Positions 18,512 through 27,192 of a stretch of DNA of 32,000 nt are shown here, in pieces. Under the pieces are notes generated by a model. The model was given only the letters and a program-made list of their open reading frames with translations, had not been told where the DNA came from and searched no databases. The stretch covers positions 1,459,612 through 1,491,611 of the forward strand of contig NZ_AP024987.1 of assembly GCF_020885515.1 (NCBI RefSeq), given 5' to 3'. Origin of the DNA: a cyanobacterium endosymbiont of Braarudosphaera bigelowii (lineage in GTDB: Bacteria > Cyanobacteriota > Cyanobacteriia > Cyanobacteriales > Microcystaceae). A program made the translations under genes and the position numbers. How positions within the stretch are numbered: position 1 is the stretch's first letter; each line of letters starts with the position of its first letter.

Positions 18512-20098
18512 ATGAGGCAAATCTTTGCGTGGTTTATCAGTGGCTTAACAACAGTTTTCATAGTTGTTGCACCTTGCTGGGGTCTAAATAAATCAGTAAG
18601 AAAATTAGGGATTTATGCTGATTATTTACATAAAAAACCATATAATTTAACTGGGCAAAAAATTGCTATCGGGCAGGTAGAAATTGGACGACCAGGAAGA
18701 TTTGGTTTTGATAAAATTGTGGCTTGGAATCCTAATTTTCAATTAGCAGGGATTTATTATCAAAATAAAGCTGTTAAAGCAAATAGTAATTTAGATAATC
18801 ATGCTGCAATGGTTGCAGCTGTAATGATAAGTAAAGATAAAAAACTACGCGGAGTTGCCCCTAATGCAAAGTTGTATGCTTCAGCCGTAGGGGCCTTGAA
18901 AGGCAGTGGTCAGCCTCAAGAATGCCTCACCAGTCAACATATAGCGCAACAAAACGGGGGAGATTTAAGGGCGATTAATTTTAGTTTTGGCGAATCTTTG
19001 GAACAAGATCATCATAAAGATTACAAATTAGATGGTAGTTCTCTCTTAACACAATGTATCGATTGGTCATCACGGGTACATGACACATTATATGTAATTG
19101 CTGGTAATCAGGGCCAGGGAGGAATTCCTATTCCGACAGATCACTACAATGGTATTACTACTGCTTATACAACTAAACAAAAAGGTGTCTATACAAAAAT
19201 TGATTTTACTAACTTAAGTGCTCTTCCTGTAGGTATTGGACGTAGCTTGATCAAAAAGGAAATTAACTTTGGTAAAAGAAGAGCTATTAATTTATTAGCT
19301 CCAGGAGGAAAGGTTTCAATTTACGATCTTTCAGGTATTATTCAAAAAGTTAGTGGGACTAGTTTTGCAGCACCTCATATTACTGGATCTATCGCTTTAT
19401 TACAAGAATTTGGTGATCGCCAATTAAAATATAAAAAATCTAATTGGAGTTTAGATTCTCGTCGTCATGAAGTTAGTAAGGCTGTGTTATTAAATTCTGC
19501 AGATAAACTACAAGATAATGGTAATGGCTATTTATTAAATATGACGAGAACTATATTAAGTAAATCACACTACAGTTGGTTACAATCTGAAGCTTATCAT
19601 AATCCTGAAATTCCTGTTGATATACAAATGGGTATAGGGCAGCTCAACGTTTTACGGGCTTACCAACAATTTAGTGCTGGACAGTGGAAGCCAAATAATC
19701 TTGTACCACCTATAGGATGGGATTATGGTAATGTTACCCAAAATAATAGCCAGGATTATAGTATTTCAAAACCTTTACATAGCAATACTTATATCTCTAT
19801 TACTCTAGTATGGGATCGCTTGACAGAACTGAATGATAAGAATGCAAACCAAAAATATGATTTAGGAGAAAGCTTTAATAATCGCGGATTAAACAATCTT
19901 GATATTTTTTTAATGCCTACAAAAACTAATAATATATCTCAAAGTGTTTGTGCTTCTATTAGCCGGGTTGATAATTTAGAACATATTTTTTGTACTATTC
20001 CAAAAACAGATCACTACAAAATACGAGTACAGTATACAAATCAAGTTAATAAGCCACATCAATCATATGCTTTAGCTTGGTGGAGTGTATCGAATTAA
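18512..20098 (+). CDS. Subtilisin-like (S8) serine protease family protein, secreted
   Basis: Signal peptide-like N-terminus. IAIGQVEIGRPG (Asp-motif position), DNHAAMVAAVMI (His motif), AINFSFGES, and GTSFAAPHITGSIALLQ (Ser motif). Confidence 0.83.
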   Translation: MRQIFAWFISGLTTVFIVVAPCWGLNKSVRKLGIYADYLHKKPYNLTGQKIAIGQVEIGRPGRFGFDKIVAWNPNFQLAGIYYQNKAVKANSNLDNHAAMVAAVMISKDKKLRGVAPNAKLYASAVGALKGSGQPQECLTSQHIAQQNGGDLRAINFSFGESLEQDHHKDYKLDGSSLLTQCIDWSSRVHDTLYVIAGNQGQGGIPIPTDHYNGITTAYTTKQKGVYTKIDFTNLSALPVGIGRSLIKKEINFGKRRAINLLAPGGKVSIYDLSGIIQKVSGTSFAAPHITGSIALLQEFGDRQLKYKKSNWSLDSRRHEVSKAVLLNSADKLQDNGNGYLLNMTRTILSKSHYSWLQSEAYHNPEIPVDIQMGIGQLNVLRAYQQFSAGQWKPNNLVPPIGWDYGNVTQNNSQDYSISKPLHSNTYISITLVWDRLTELNDKNANQKYDLGESFNNRGLNNLDIFLMPTKTNNISQSVCASISRVDNLEHIFCTIPKTDHYKIRVQYTNQVNKPHQSYALAWWSVSN

Positions 20099-20159
20099 AA
20101 AATGATTATATAGCTAATATTTAGATCTCAAAAACTATAAGAACACTATTGATTATAAG

Positions 20160-20210
20160 AATAACTAATTTATCATAATTAATTATTTTAATTATGATAA
20201 ATTAGTTATT
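20160..20210. repeat. 23-bp perfect AT-rich inverted repeat, 5-nt loop, between the S8-like gene and trmB
   Basis: AATAACTAATTTATCATAATTAA-ttatt-TTAATTATGATAAATTAGTTATT. Confidence 0.9.
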
Positions 20211-20237
20211 ATCGACTATGAGTAAGAGAGATAATCC

Positions 20238-20885
20238 TTGGCAAGAATACGTATTCGTCAACACGTCAATCCATTAAGCATAAAATATAAAAAAAATATA
20301 TTTCTACCCAGCTGGGATGAAATATATATTAATACGAATAACCCTCTACATTTGGACATAGGATGTGCAAGAGGTAAGTTTTTATTGAAAATGGCCCTTC
20401 TTTACCCAGATATTAATTTTTTAGGAATAGAAATTCGAGAATCCTTAGTTATAGAAGCTAATGAAAACTGTAATCGTCTTAAACTGTCTAACTTATACTT
20501 TTTGTTTTGTAATATCAATACGCATATTGAGCCGCTATTACAATCTTTTCAGCCAGGAATATTAAATTGTGTTAGTATTCAATTTCCTGATCCTTGGTTT
20601 AAGCGTAGCCATCAAAAAAGACGAGTGGCGCAAGCTGATTTAGTATGTACAGTTAGTAATAACTTAAGTAAAAATGGATATATTTTTCTACAATCAGATA
20701 TTCAATCAATAACTAGGGAAATGGAAGGAGAGTTTATGAAAAATTCAGCTTTGTATGAGCATTACGAAAGAACTGGTTTGACAGCTAATTACTTCACTAT
20801 TTTAACAGAGAGAGAAGCCGCAACACTGAATAAAAGTAAATCAGTTTATAGAACTCTATTACAACCAGCACATAACTATAATTAA
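20238..20885 (+). CDS. trmB: tRNA (guanine-N7-)-methyltransferase
   Basis: LHLDIGCARGKFLLKMA, FLGIEIR, SIQFPDPWFKRSHQKRRVAQ. TTG start at 20238. Confidence 0.93.
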   Translation: MARIRIRQHVNPLSIKYKKNIFLPSWDEIYINTNNPLHLDIGCARGKFLLKMALLYPDINFLGIEIRESLVIEANENCNRLKLSNLYFLFCNINTHIEPLLQSFQPGILNCVSIQFPDPWFKRSHQKRRVAQADLVCTVSNNLSKNGYIFLQSDIQSITREMEGEFMKNSALYEHYERTGLTANYFTILTEREAATLNKSKSVYRTLLQPAHNYN

Positions 20886-21059
20886 AAAGGTAAGATACTA
20901 AATATTATTTTTTACACTAATAAAAGTAATATTTATCTATAAGTTAAAGATATAGTAACTCTATCTCTTTATTATTAAGCTGGTTAAAAATAGCGAATCT
21001 AGTTTATAGTATCTAAGGATATTGATATTTAATAATATTTCATCGTAAAGACTAAAATA

Positions 21060-21383
21060 GTGCAAGTGGATAAAGATAAATACATCTCCAAACTTTCAAA
21101 AGCTGAACAACTAGAAATAGAGCAAAAAAAGAATGTTATTCTTCTAGTAGAAAATCTAATGGAACGAGAAGAAATAACAATTAAAATGATAATTGACTGC
21201 CTCTATGATGTTGGCTCTGTAAATTTTGTTGACAAAAAATTTAGATTGCCTTCTGCAAATAAAATACTAAAAGTTATAGCTAGGCTGTCTAAGCCTAGCT
21301 TCAGAACCATAGCTTTTTATTGGGGTAAGAAAATAGCACCTGAATTAATTACTGATTGGTTACTACAAAAAATAAAATTTTAA
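21060..21383 (+). CDS. Conserved-type hypothetical protein, 107 aa
   Basis: GTG start and an intact ORF with balanced composition: KAEQLEIEQKKNVILLVENLMEREEITIKMIIDCLYDVGSVNFVDKKFR... Confidence 0.6.
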   Translation: MQVDKDKYISKLSKAEQLEIEQKKNVILLVENLMEREEITIKMIIDCLYDVGSVNFVDKKFRLPSANKILKVIARLSKPSFRTIAFYWGKKIAPELITDWLLQKIKF

Positions 21384-21661
21384 ATCTTAATTATGAATAT
21401 CTTTTATCCAATTCATAATGATACTAAAAATATTTAAGAATTCTTAGGTTGTAGGGTATGTAATATTTATACATATATAATTATATTAAAAGAATGATTT
21501 TTAAAGAAGATAATATAATGAATAATTAAATTTTATTTTGATAAAGTAAGAGACTTCTAATTTTATTTAATTTTTTGTAAATATCTTATAAGATATATAA
21601 GCTACTCGACATCTCTTAACTAAGATATCTAGTTATAGCACTGTACTAGAACTCTAAAAAA

Positions 21662-22207
21662 ATGAATTCTATTCTTTCTTTGTTTGCACTTACTTTTATA
21701 CTTACTAGCAAAAGTTTAACACTGTTGGGTAAAGATATTAGAATCCAGAAACAGTTTGAAATATTAACTTCTATAACTGAAAATTCAACTAGCGTAATTG
21801 CCTCTAGAAAAGATGAATTTATGGCTAGTCATATTATTCTTAACCTAAAAGAACGTCATATCTATGTTTATCAAAATAGCGAAGTTATAGCAAATTATAA
21901 AGTAGCTATTGGTAAAGAAGGATGGGAAACCCCCAAGGGTAATTTTTCTGTAATGCAAATGGTAGAGAATCCTCAATGGAAAAATCCATGGAATGGAAGG
22001 ATTAGTGCTGCTGGTCCCAATAGTCCTTTAGGAGAACGATGGATAGCTTTTAGTCGACAAGATGGCAAATACGTTGGATTTCATGGAACTTCAGGAGAAC
22101 ATTCTATGGGAAAAGCTGTTTCTCATGGATGTGTAAGAATGAGAAACAAAGATGTTAAAGAATTATATGGACTTGTGGGCCTAGGAGTACCTGTTGTTGT
22201 TCAATAA
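21662..22207 (+). CDS. L,D-transpeptidase (YkuD domain)
   Basis: HIYVYQNSEVIANYKVAIGKEGWETPKGNFSV; FHGTSGEHSMGKAVSHGCVRMRNKDVKELY (HX..SHGCVRM catalytic motif). Confidence 0.93.
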   Translation: MNSILSLFALTFILTSKSLTLLGKDIRIQKQFEILTSITENSTSVIASRKDEFMASHIILNLKERHIYVYQNSEVIANYKVAIGKEGWETPKGNFSVMQMVENPQWKNPWNGRISAAGPNSPLGERWIAFSRQDGKYVGFHGTSGEHSMGKAVSHGCVRMRNKDVKELYGLVGLGVPVVVQ

Positions 22208-22270
22208 AATTATATTTAGTATCTAGTTATAGACTTAGATGCTAAACAATAACTTTATATTAATATTTTT

Positions 22271-22981
22271 ATGACAAGCTCCGTAAAATCTCCTTATACA
22301 AAAGAACAAATTTCTATCTGGTTAAGAGGTTTATTGACTATTGCTTGGTGTGATGGACGGTATGATCCTCGAGAAAAAAAAATAATTGCAGATTTGACAC
22401 AAAATTTAGCTGTTAATCATCTTGATAAAATATCTTATGGGTCTTTTGATAAATCAGTTACGATACAAGAGTTATCAACATCTTTTGGATATAATTCTAA
22501 TGTTGGAGAAAATTTTTTAAGAACAGCTGTAATTGTTGCTATTGCTGATGGTATTTATTCTAGAATTGAAGCAGATTTATTAAATGAATATAGTAGAGCC
22601 TTAGGTTTAAAAATTGATGCTTTGGAATATTTAAAATATACTTTGTGCGAGTTTAAGATTAGTAATGTAAATTTATTACATACTCAGGATGCAAGTATAA
22701 GTTCTAGGAATAGTGTTTTGAAGCCTAATGTCCTACAACCTGTTAAAAATTGGTTAGATGAGTTTAATTTTAAGGATCCTAGACTAGCACGTTTTATTTG
22801 TAAAATGATACCTTCCCAATGTCCTTTTGAAAAAGATGTTAAGTTATTTAGTCATAAAGTCATATACATTCCTCCTTTGTGTAAGTTAAATCCTTTATAC
22901 GAACAATTAGTAAGACTCAGATTTCGTGCATTGTGTTATTTGGTTAATGAATGTCAAGAAGACGTTTCTAGTTTCACTTAA
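22271..22981 (+). CDS. TerB-like N-terminal region plus Mo-dependent nitrogenase C-terminal-like domain protein
   Basis: The N-terminus AWCDGRYDPREKKIIADLTQ resembles TerB. The C-terminus (PVKNWLDEFNFKDPRLARFICKMIPSQCPFEKDVKLFSHKVIYIPPLCKLNPLYEQLVRLRFRALCYL) matches the cyanobacterial Mo-dependent nitrogenase C-terminal family as I recall it. Confidence 0.78.
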   Translation: MTSSVKSPYTKEQISIWLRGLLTIAWCDGRYDPREKKIIADLTQNLAVNHLDKISYGSFDKSVTIQELSTSFGYNSNVGENFLRTAVIVAIADGIYSRIEADLLNEYSRALGLKIDALEYLKYTLCEFKISNVNLLHTQDASISSRNSVLKPNVLQPVKNWLDEFNFKDPRLARFICKMIPSQCPFEKDVKLFSHKVIYIPPLCKLNPLYEQLVRLRFRALCYLVNECQEDVSSFT

Positions 22982-23010
22982 TCGTTATGTATCTAAGTAG
23001 TTATAAAAAA

Positions 23011-23046
23011 AATTAGAGAAAGAAAAATATATTTTTCTTTCTCTAA
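23011..23046 (-). terminator. Perfect 36-nt palindrome followed (minus strand) by T-run; terminator for the epimerase-like gene
   Basis: ATTAGAGAAAGAAAAATATATTTTTCTTTCTCTAAT. The plus-strand left flank is TTATAAAAAA, which gives a U-tract on minus-strand transcripts. It lies between convergent genes. Confidence 0.8.
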
Positions 23047-23072
23047 TAAACAAAAACATCTGATTTTAATAT

Positions 23073-24005
23073 TTAAATATTGGAATAAATACTATTGCGT
23101 AAAATCGTATAACCTTTAATTAGCTCCTTGATCCCTTTTCCTAAAGACCAATCAGGACTAAAACCTGTATCTAAAATACGTTTATTAGAAACAATGTAAT
23201 CTCTTTTGTCTGGATCCTCTCCTATTGGAGCTTCTAGATAAGTAAAATTTGGTAAATATTTTTTAATTTCGAAACATAATTCTAATTTTGACAAATTAGC
23301 ATCTTCTAAACCTACATTGTAAGGCTTGCCTTTCATATGTTCAAAATTTTCAATTCCATGAACAAAAACTTTAGCTACATCTCTAATATGGATATAATTA
23401 CGCTTAAAGTGTCCTTCAAAAATTACAACTGCACGATCATAAAAAGCACGATAAACAAAATCGTTTACTAGTAAATCCATACGCATTCTTGGAGACATAC
23501 CAAAAACAGTTGCTAAACGAAATGTAATGCTATTCTCTCTTTCTAAAACTGATCTTTCCGCATCAACCTTAGTAGTACCATAGAGAGATATCGGACGTAA
23601 AGGAGATTCTTCAGTACAAAATTTACCTGCCTCGCCTATACCATAGCCACTATTAGTTACAGGCATTAAAATTCTTTGTTGTTTACTAGCTAAATCACAA
23701 ATTAATTTAACTGCTTCATAGTTAATAGTACGTGTACCAATATTATCTCTATTACAAAGTGGTGCTCCAACTAGGGCAGCTAAAGGAATTATCGCATCAG
23801 AATTTTTAAGTAAATTTTTTATCAAAGATTCATCACGACAATCACCACGTACAACATGAAACTTATCGTATTGACAACAATCGGCTAGGCTATTCTGTCC
23901 AAACATAAAGTTATCCAATACTGTAACTTCATAGCCTTTTGCCAATAATATTGGAGTCAAAACTGAGCCAATATATCCAGCTCCGCCAGTAATTAAAATC
24001 TTCAT
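23073..24005 (-). CDS. NAD-dependent epimerase/dehydratase (extended SDR)
   Basis: MKILITGGAGYIGSVLTPILLAKG, SGYG...SLYGTTKVDAE (YXXXK), FRLATVFG. Confidence 0.9.
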   Translation of the reverse strand: MKILITGGAGYIGSVLTPILLAKGYEVTVLDNFMFGQNSLADCCQYDKFHVVRGDCRDESLIKNLLKNSDAIIPLAALVGAPLCNRDNIGTRTINYEAVKLICDLASKQQRILMPVTNSGYGIGEAGKFCTEESPLRPISLYGTTKVDAERSVLERENSITFRLATVFGMSPRMRMDLLVNDFVYRAFYDRAVVIFEGHFKRNYIHIRDVAKVFVHGIENFEHMKGKPYNVGLEDANLSKLELCFEIKKYLPNFTYLEAPIGEDPDKRDYIVSNKRILDTGFSPDWSLGKGIKELIKGYTILRNSIYSNI

Positions 24006-24033
24006 AGATATTCTATAATCCTATATCTTTTAT

Positions 24034-24768
24034 TTAAACAGAAGCTAAATATTGATGAATAGTTTCATCGGTACTTCCTATATATTCAACTTTTCCTCGA
24101 TTGATCCATATAGCTTTATCGCAGGATTGCTGAATAAAGTCTAAGCTATGAGAGACAACTAGAATAGTTGTATGATGTCCCCATAGTTTATCCATTCTTT
24201 CTTTACATTTATGCTTAAAATTTTCATCACCGACAGACAAAACTTCATCTAAAATTAAAATGTCTGGTTCAACATCTGTGGCGATTGCAAAGCCAAGACG
24301 AGCTGTCATTCCGGAGGAAAGAGATTTAACAGGTGCCAATCTATAATCAGTTAAGTCAGCAAAATCTAAAATTGTGTCAACACGATTTTTCATGTCTTGG
24401 CGCGAAAAACCTAGCATCACACCATACAGAACGATGTTATCGGCAACAGAAAGCTCTCCATCGAGCCCTGCTCCTAGTTCAATCAAAGGGGCTATTTTAC
24501 CTTTTACACGAATCTGTCCTGATGTAGGAGCTAAAATACCAGTAATAACTTTAAGTAAAGTAGATTTACCTGAACCATTTGCTCCTATAATACCAATCTT
24601 TTCCCCAACATTAACTGTTAAATTAATATTATCAAGAATTAATTTTCTTGACGGTTGACGATATTTTCCTTCTAAAAATGAGAGAATAGTTCTCTTTAAA
24701 TCATAAGAAAATTCCTCTTGAGTTCTACGCCATAGAGAGACTTGATTGATTCTAATTGCTTCTATCAT
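24034..24768 (-). CDS. Polysaccharide/teichoic acid-type ABC exporter, ATP-binding subunit
   Basis: GIIGANGSGKSTLLKVITGILAPTSGQIRVKGKIAPLIELGAGLDGELSVADNIVLYG, typical of Wzt/TagH/RfbE ATPases. Signature LSSGMTARLGFAIA. Confidence 0.92.
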   Translation of the reverse strand: MIEAIRINQVSLWRRTQEEFSYDLKRTILSFLEGKYRQPSRKLILDNINLTVNVGEKIGIIGANGSGKSTLLKVITGILAPTSGQIRVKGKIAPLIELGAGLDGELSVADNIVLYGVMLGFSRQDMKNRVDTILDFADLTDYRLAPVKSLSSGMTARLGFAIATDVEPDILILDEVLSVGDENFKHKCKERMDKLWGHHTTILVVSHSLDFIQQSCDKAIWINRGKVEYIGSTDETIHQYLASV

Positions 24769-24776
24769 TTAATTTT

Positions 24777-25631
24777 CTAAAGCAAATCCATAAAGTTTTT
24801 TTGCCAGGAGCGAAAATAGATCCAACCTAGCACTAATAAAATAATACCGTTCAAAAATGAATGTAAGACCAGCAACATATCAGGCAAAGCTCCTGAAAGT
24901 GATATCTGGCGAATACTTTCAATAATTGGAATTAATGGATTAAAAAATAAAAAAGGTTTTACAGCAGATGGAACAATCTCTGCTGGGTAAAAAACTGGAG
25001 AACTAATCCAAAGTACAAAACAAACCAATTCGTAAAAATAGGGTAAGTCTCGAAAAAATACATATAGTGCACTGACCAGAAATCCTACACCAGTACATAC
25101 TAAACTTAAAGCTATTAGTGGAAACAAAAGAGCTAATACATTTATAGGATTCCTGGACATTATTAAAGTAACAACAGCTAATAATGGTAATGAACCCACG
25201 ATAAATTGAAATATGTTAGCTACAATCATTGCAACTGGAAAAACAGTTACAGGAAGATGAACTTTATTCAAAAGTGCTCCATTGCCCACTACGCTAGACA
25301 ATGCTTGACTCGTAGATGACGAGAAAAAGTTAATAACAATTAAACCTGTGAAAGCGGCCAGAATATATCTAAAGGTAGAATCTTGATAATATTCACCGAA
25401 AGCTGTTCCAAAGATTGCTGCATATAATCCCGTCATAATTAATGGGTTTAATAATGACCAATAAACTCCTAAAAACGAGCCTCGATAGCGTCCCTTTAAA
25501 TTTCGTTCTACCAATATTTGTACTAGCTCTAGGTATCGCCTTGTTGACGATACATCTTTACCAAGCTTATTAATAATCTTACTAGAGATACTATCTCTGA
25601 TATGGAGTAGACTGGCTTTTAGCGATGTCAT
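24777..25631 (-). CDS. Polysaccharide ABC exporter, permease subunit (ABC-2 type)
   Basis: LVQILVERNLKGRYRGSFLGVYWSLLNPLIMTGLYAAIFGTAF, LWISSPVFYPAEIVP, adjacent to the ATPase gene. Confidence 0.92.
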   Translation of the reverse strand: MTSLKASLLHIRDSISSKIINKLGKDVSSTRRYLELVQILVERNLKGRYRGSFLGVYWSLLNPLIMTGLYAAIFGTAFGEYYQDSTFRYILAAFTGLIVINFFSSSTSQALSSVVGNGALLNKVHLPVTVFPVAMIVANIFQFIVGSLPLLAVVTLIMSRNPINVLALLFPLIALSLVCTGVGFLVSALYVFFRDLPYFYELVCFVLWISSPVFYPAEIVPSAVKPFLFFNPLIPIIESIRQISLSGALPDMLLVLHSFLNGIILLVLGWIYFRSWQKNFMDLL

Positions 25632-25799
25632 AATTAGGTATCAGTACCTACAAATCTAGAAATTAATAGCATAATGTACTAAATGTCAGGTACTCTTCTC
25701 AAATTGTTCCCAACTATGCTAACAAAATTTTATCCACGAAGATGGGCCAGATTCAGCTAAACTTATGAGTGATTAACTAATGCAATCAGTATACTTAAT

Positions 25800-25994
25800 A
25801 TGGAAATTGGTCAAAAAGTCAAAGTAATTCATCTTAGAGACCGCGTCTCTGGAGAAATTGTCAACAAACTAGGAAAAGAAGGTGTCATTAAAAACTTCAA
25901 AATGACTGATGGAAGTGGAATTGGTGCAATTGTAGAGTTTGCTGATAAGACCACTACCTGGTTTTTTGGTGAAGAGCTTAAACCTGTTGAATAA
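25800..25994 (+). CDS. Small cyanobacterial conserved protein (DUF2862-like)
   Basis: 64 aa, GQKVKVIHLRDRVSGEIVNKLGKEGVIKNFKMTDGSGIGAIVEFADKTTTWFFGEELKPV. The overlapping minus ORF is less plausible. Confidence 0.72.
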   Translation: MEIGQKVKVIHLRDRVSGEIVNKLGKEGVIKNFKMTDGSGIGAIVEFADKTTTWFFGEELKPVE

Positions 25995-26015
25995 TAACTA
26001 AAATAACTTCTATTT

Positions 26016-27107
26016 ATGGCTTTAATTTTAACCTTTTTAGGGAAAAGTGCTAGCGGTTGTTCCACTGTAGCTATAGCTACAGCAAAAAAACTAGCTGCTT
26101 CTGGATCGCGTGTCTTGTTAGTATCCCAAGATTCAACTCCATCTTTTGATGCTTTATTAAATATGCCTGCACAATCTTTTCCGACAGAAATAGAGCCTAA
26201 TTTTGAATTGGTAAATCTAAAATCAAGTCAACTTTTATCAGAAATCTGGACCGAATTTAAAGATTTAGAGGCTAAATATTTAAAGTTTCCGACTTTTAAG
26301 AGTATCTATGGACAAGAACTGGGAATCCTACCAGGTATGGATGAAGCACTAGCACTTAATGCTCTAAGAAAATATCAAGAAGGGGGTACTTATGACGTTA
26401 TCATCTATGATGGTAATAATACTTTTCATACACTACGAATGTTTGGTATTCCTGGAATCTTAAATTGGTATTTAGAAAGATTTCGTCAAATATTTACTGA
26501 ATCTGATCTAGGAAAAACTTTAGTACCACTTATTCAGCCATTGATTAGTACTATTTTAAATACTTCATGGACTTTAGATGATCTTGATAAAGTTTCTAGC
26601 GACAATATATTACAAGAAGGTAATGTAGCTCTAAAAGATAGCAATCGTGTTGCTGCTTATTTAATAACAACTGAAGATAAAGCAGCAATTGCTACTGCTA
26701 AATATTTTTGGGGTGGAGCATATCAAGTAGGTTTATCTGTTAAAGGTGTAATTATTAATCAAAGTTCAGAATTATCTGTAGGTAAATATTTTGATTTCGG
26801 ACAATTAGAGTCATTTTCTTTGCCTAAGAAAGTTGGAAATAATTGGAAACCTTTGATAGAAGCCTTGCCAGACTTCTTAGATAAATCGAGTACTCCTTTA
26901 TCTATTAATATTGATACTGCTACTAGTCAAATCAAAATATTTTTACCTGGTTTTGAAAAAAAACAAGTAAAATTGACCCAGTCTGTTTCAGAGCTTACTA
27001 TTGAAGCCGGAGATCAAAGACGTAAAATTTATTTACCCAACTCTTTGACAGGTAAAGTAGTAAAATCTGCAAAGTTCCGAAATAATTACCTGGTTGTATC
27101 TTTATGA
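26016..27107 (+). CDS. ArsA/GET3-like protein with C-terminal Hsp20-like domain
   Basis: MALILTFLGKSASGCSTVAIATAKKLAASGSRVLLVSQD at the N-terminus and IKIFLPGFEKKQVKLTQSVSELTIEAGDQRRKIYLPNSL at the C-terminus. Confidence 0.82.
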   Translation: MALILTFLGKSASGCSTVAIATAKKLAASGSRVLLVSQDSTPSFDALLNMPAQSFPTEIEPNFELVNLKSSQLLSEIWTEFKDLEAKYLKFPTFKSIYGQELGILPGMDEALALNALRKYQEGGTYDVIIYDGNNTFHTLRMFGIPGILNWYLERFRQIFTESDLGKTLVPLIQPLISTILNTSWTLDDLDKVSSDNILQEGNVALKDSNRVAAYLITTEDKAAIATAKYFWGGAYQVGLSVKGVIINQSSELSVGKYFDFGQLESFSLPKKVGNNWKPLIEALPDFLDKSSTPLSINIDTATSQIKIFLPGFEKKQVKLTQSVSELTIEAGDQRRKIYLPNSLTGKVVKSAKFRNNYLVVSL

Positions 27108-27129
27108 TATTGATTTGTTAAAGCCATAT

Positions 27130-27162
27130 TTTATAGGGATTAGCTATGCTAGTCCCTATAAA
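27130..27162. terminator. 15-bp hairpin (one G-U) between convergent genes
   Basis: TTTATAGGGATTAGC-tat-GCTAGTCCCTATAAA, just after the ArsA-like stop and before the 3' end of the minus-strand 216-aa gene. Confidence 0.65.
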
Positions 27163-27192
27163 GTTTAAATATAAAAAATATTAACTTTTTAG

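Noticed and set aside
24333-24658. Two overlapping plus-strand ORFs (64 and 94 aa)
   Set aside because: Both are antisense to the conserved ABC ATPase gene and its Walker/signature regions.
25829-26065. 78-aa minus-strand ORF
   Set aside because: It is antisense to the better supported DUF2862-like gene and the start of the ArsA-like gene.
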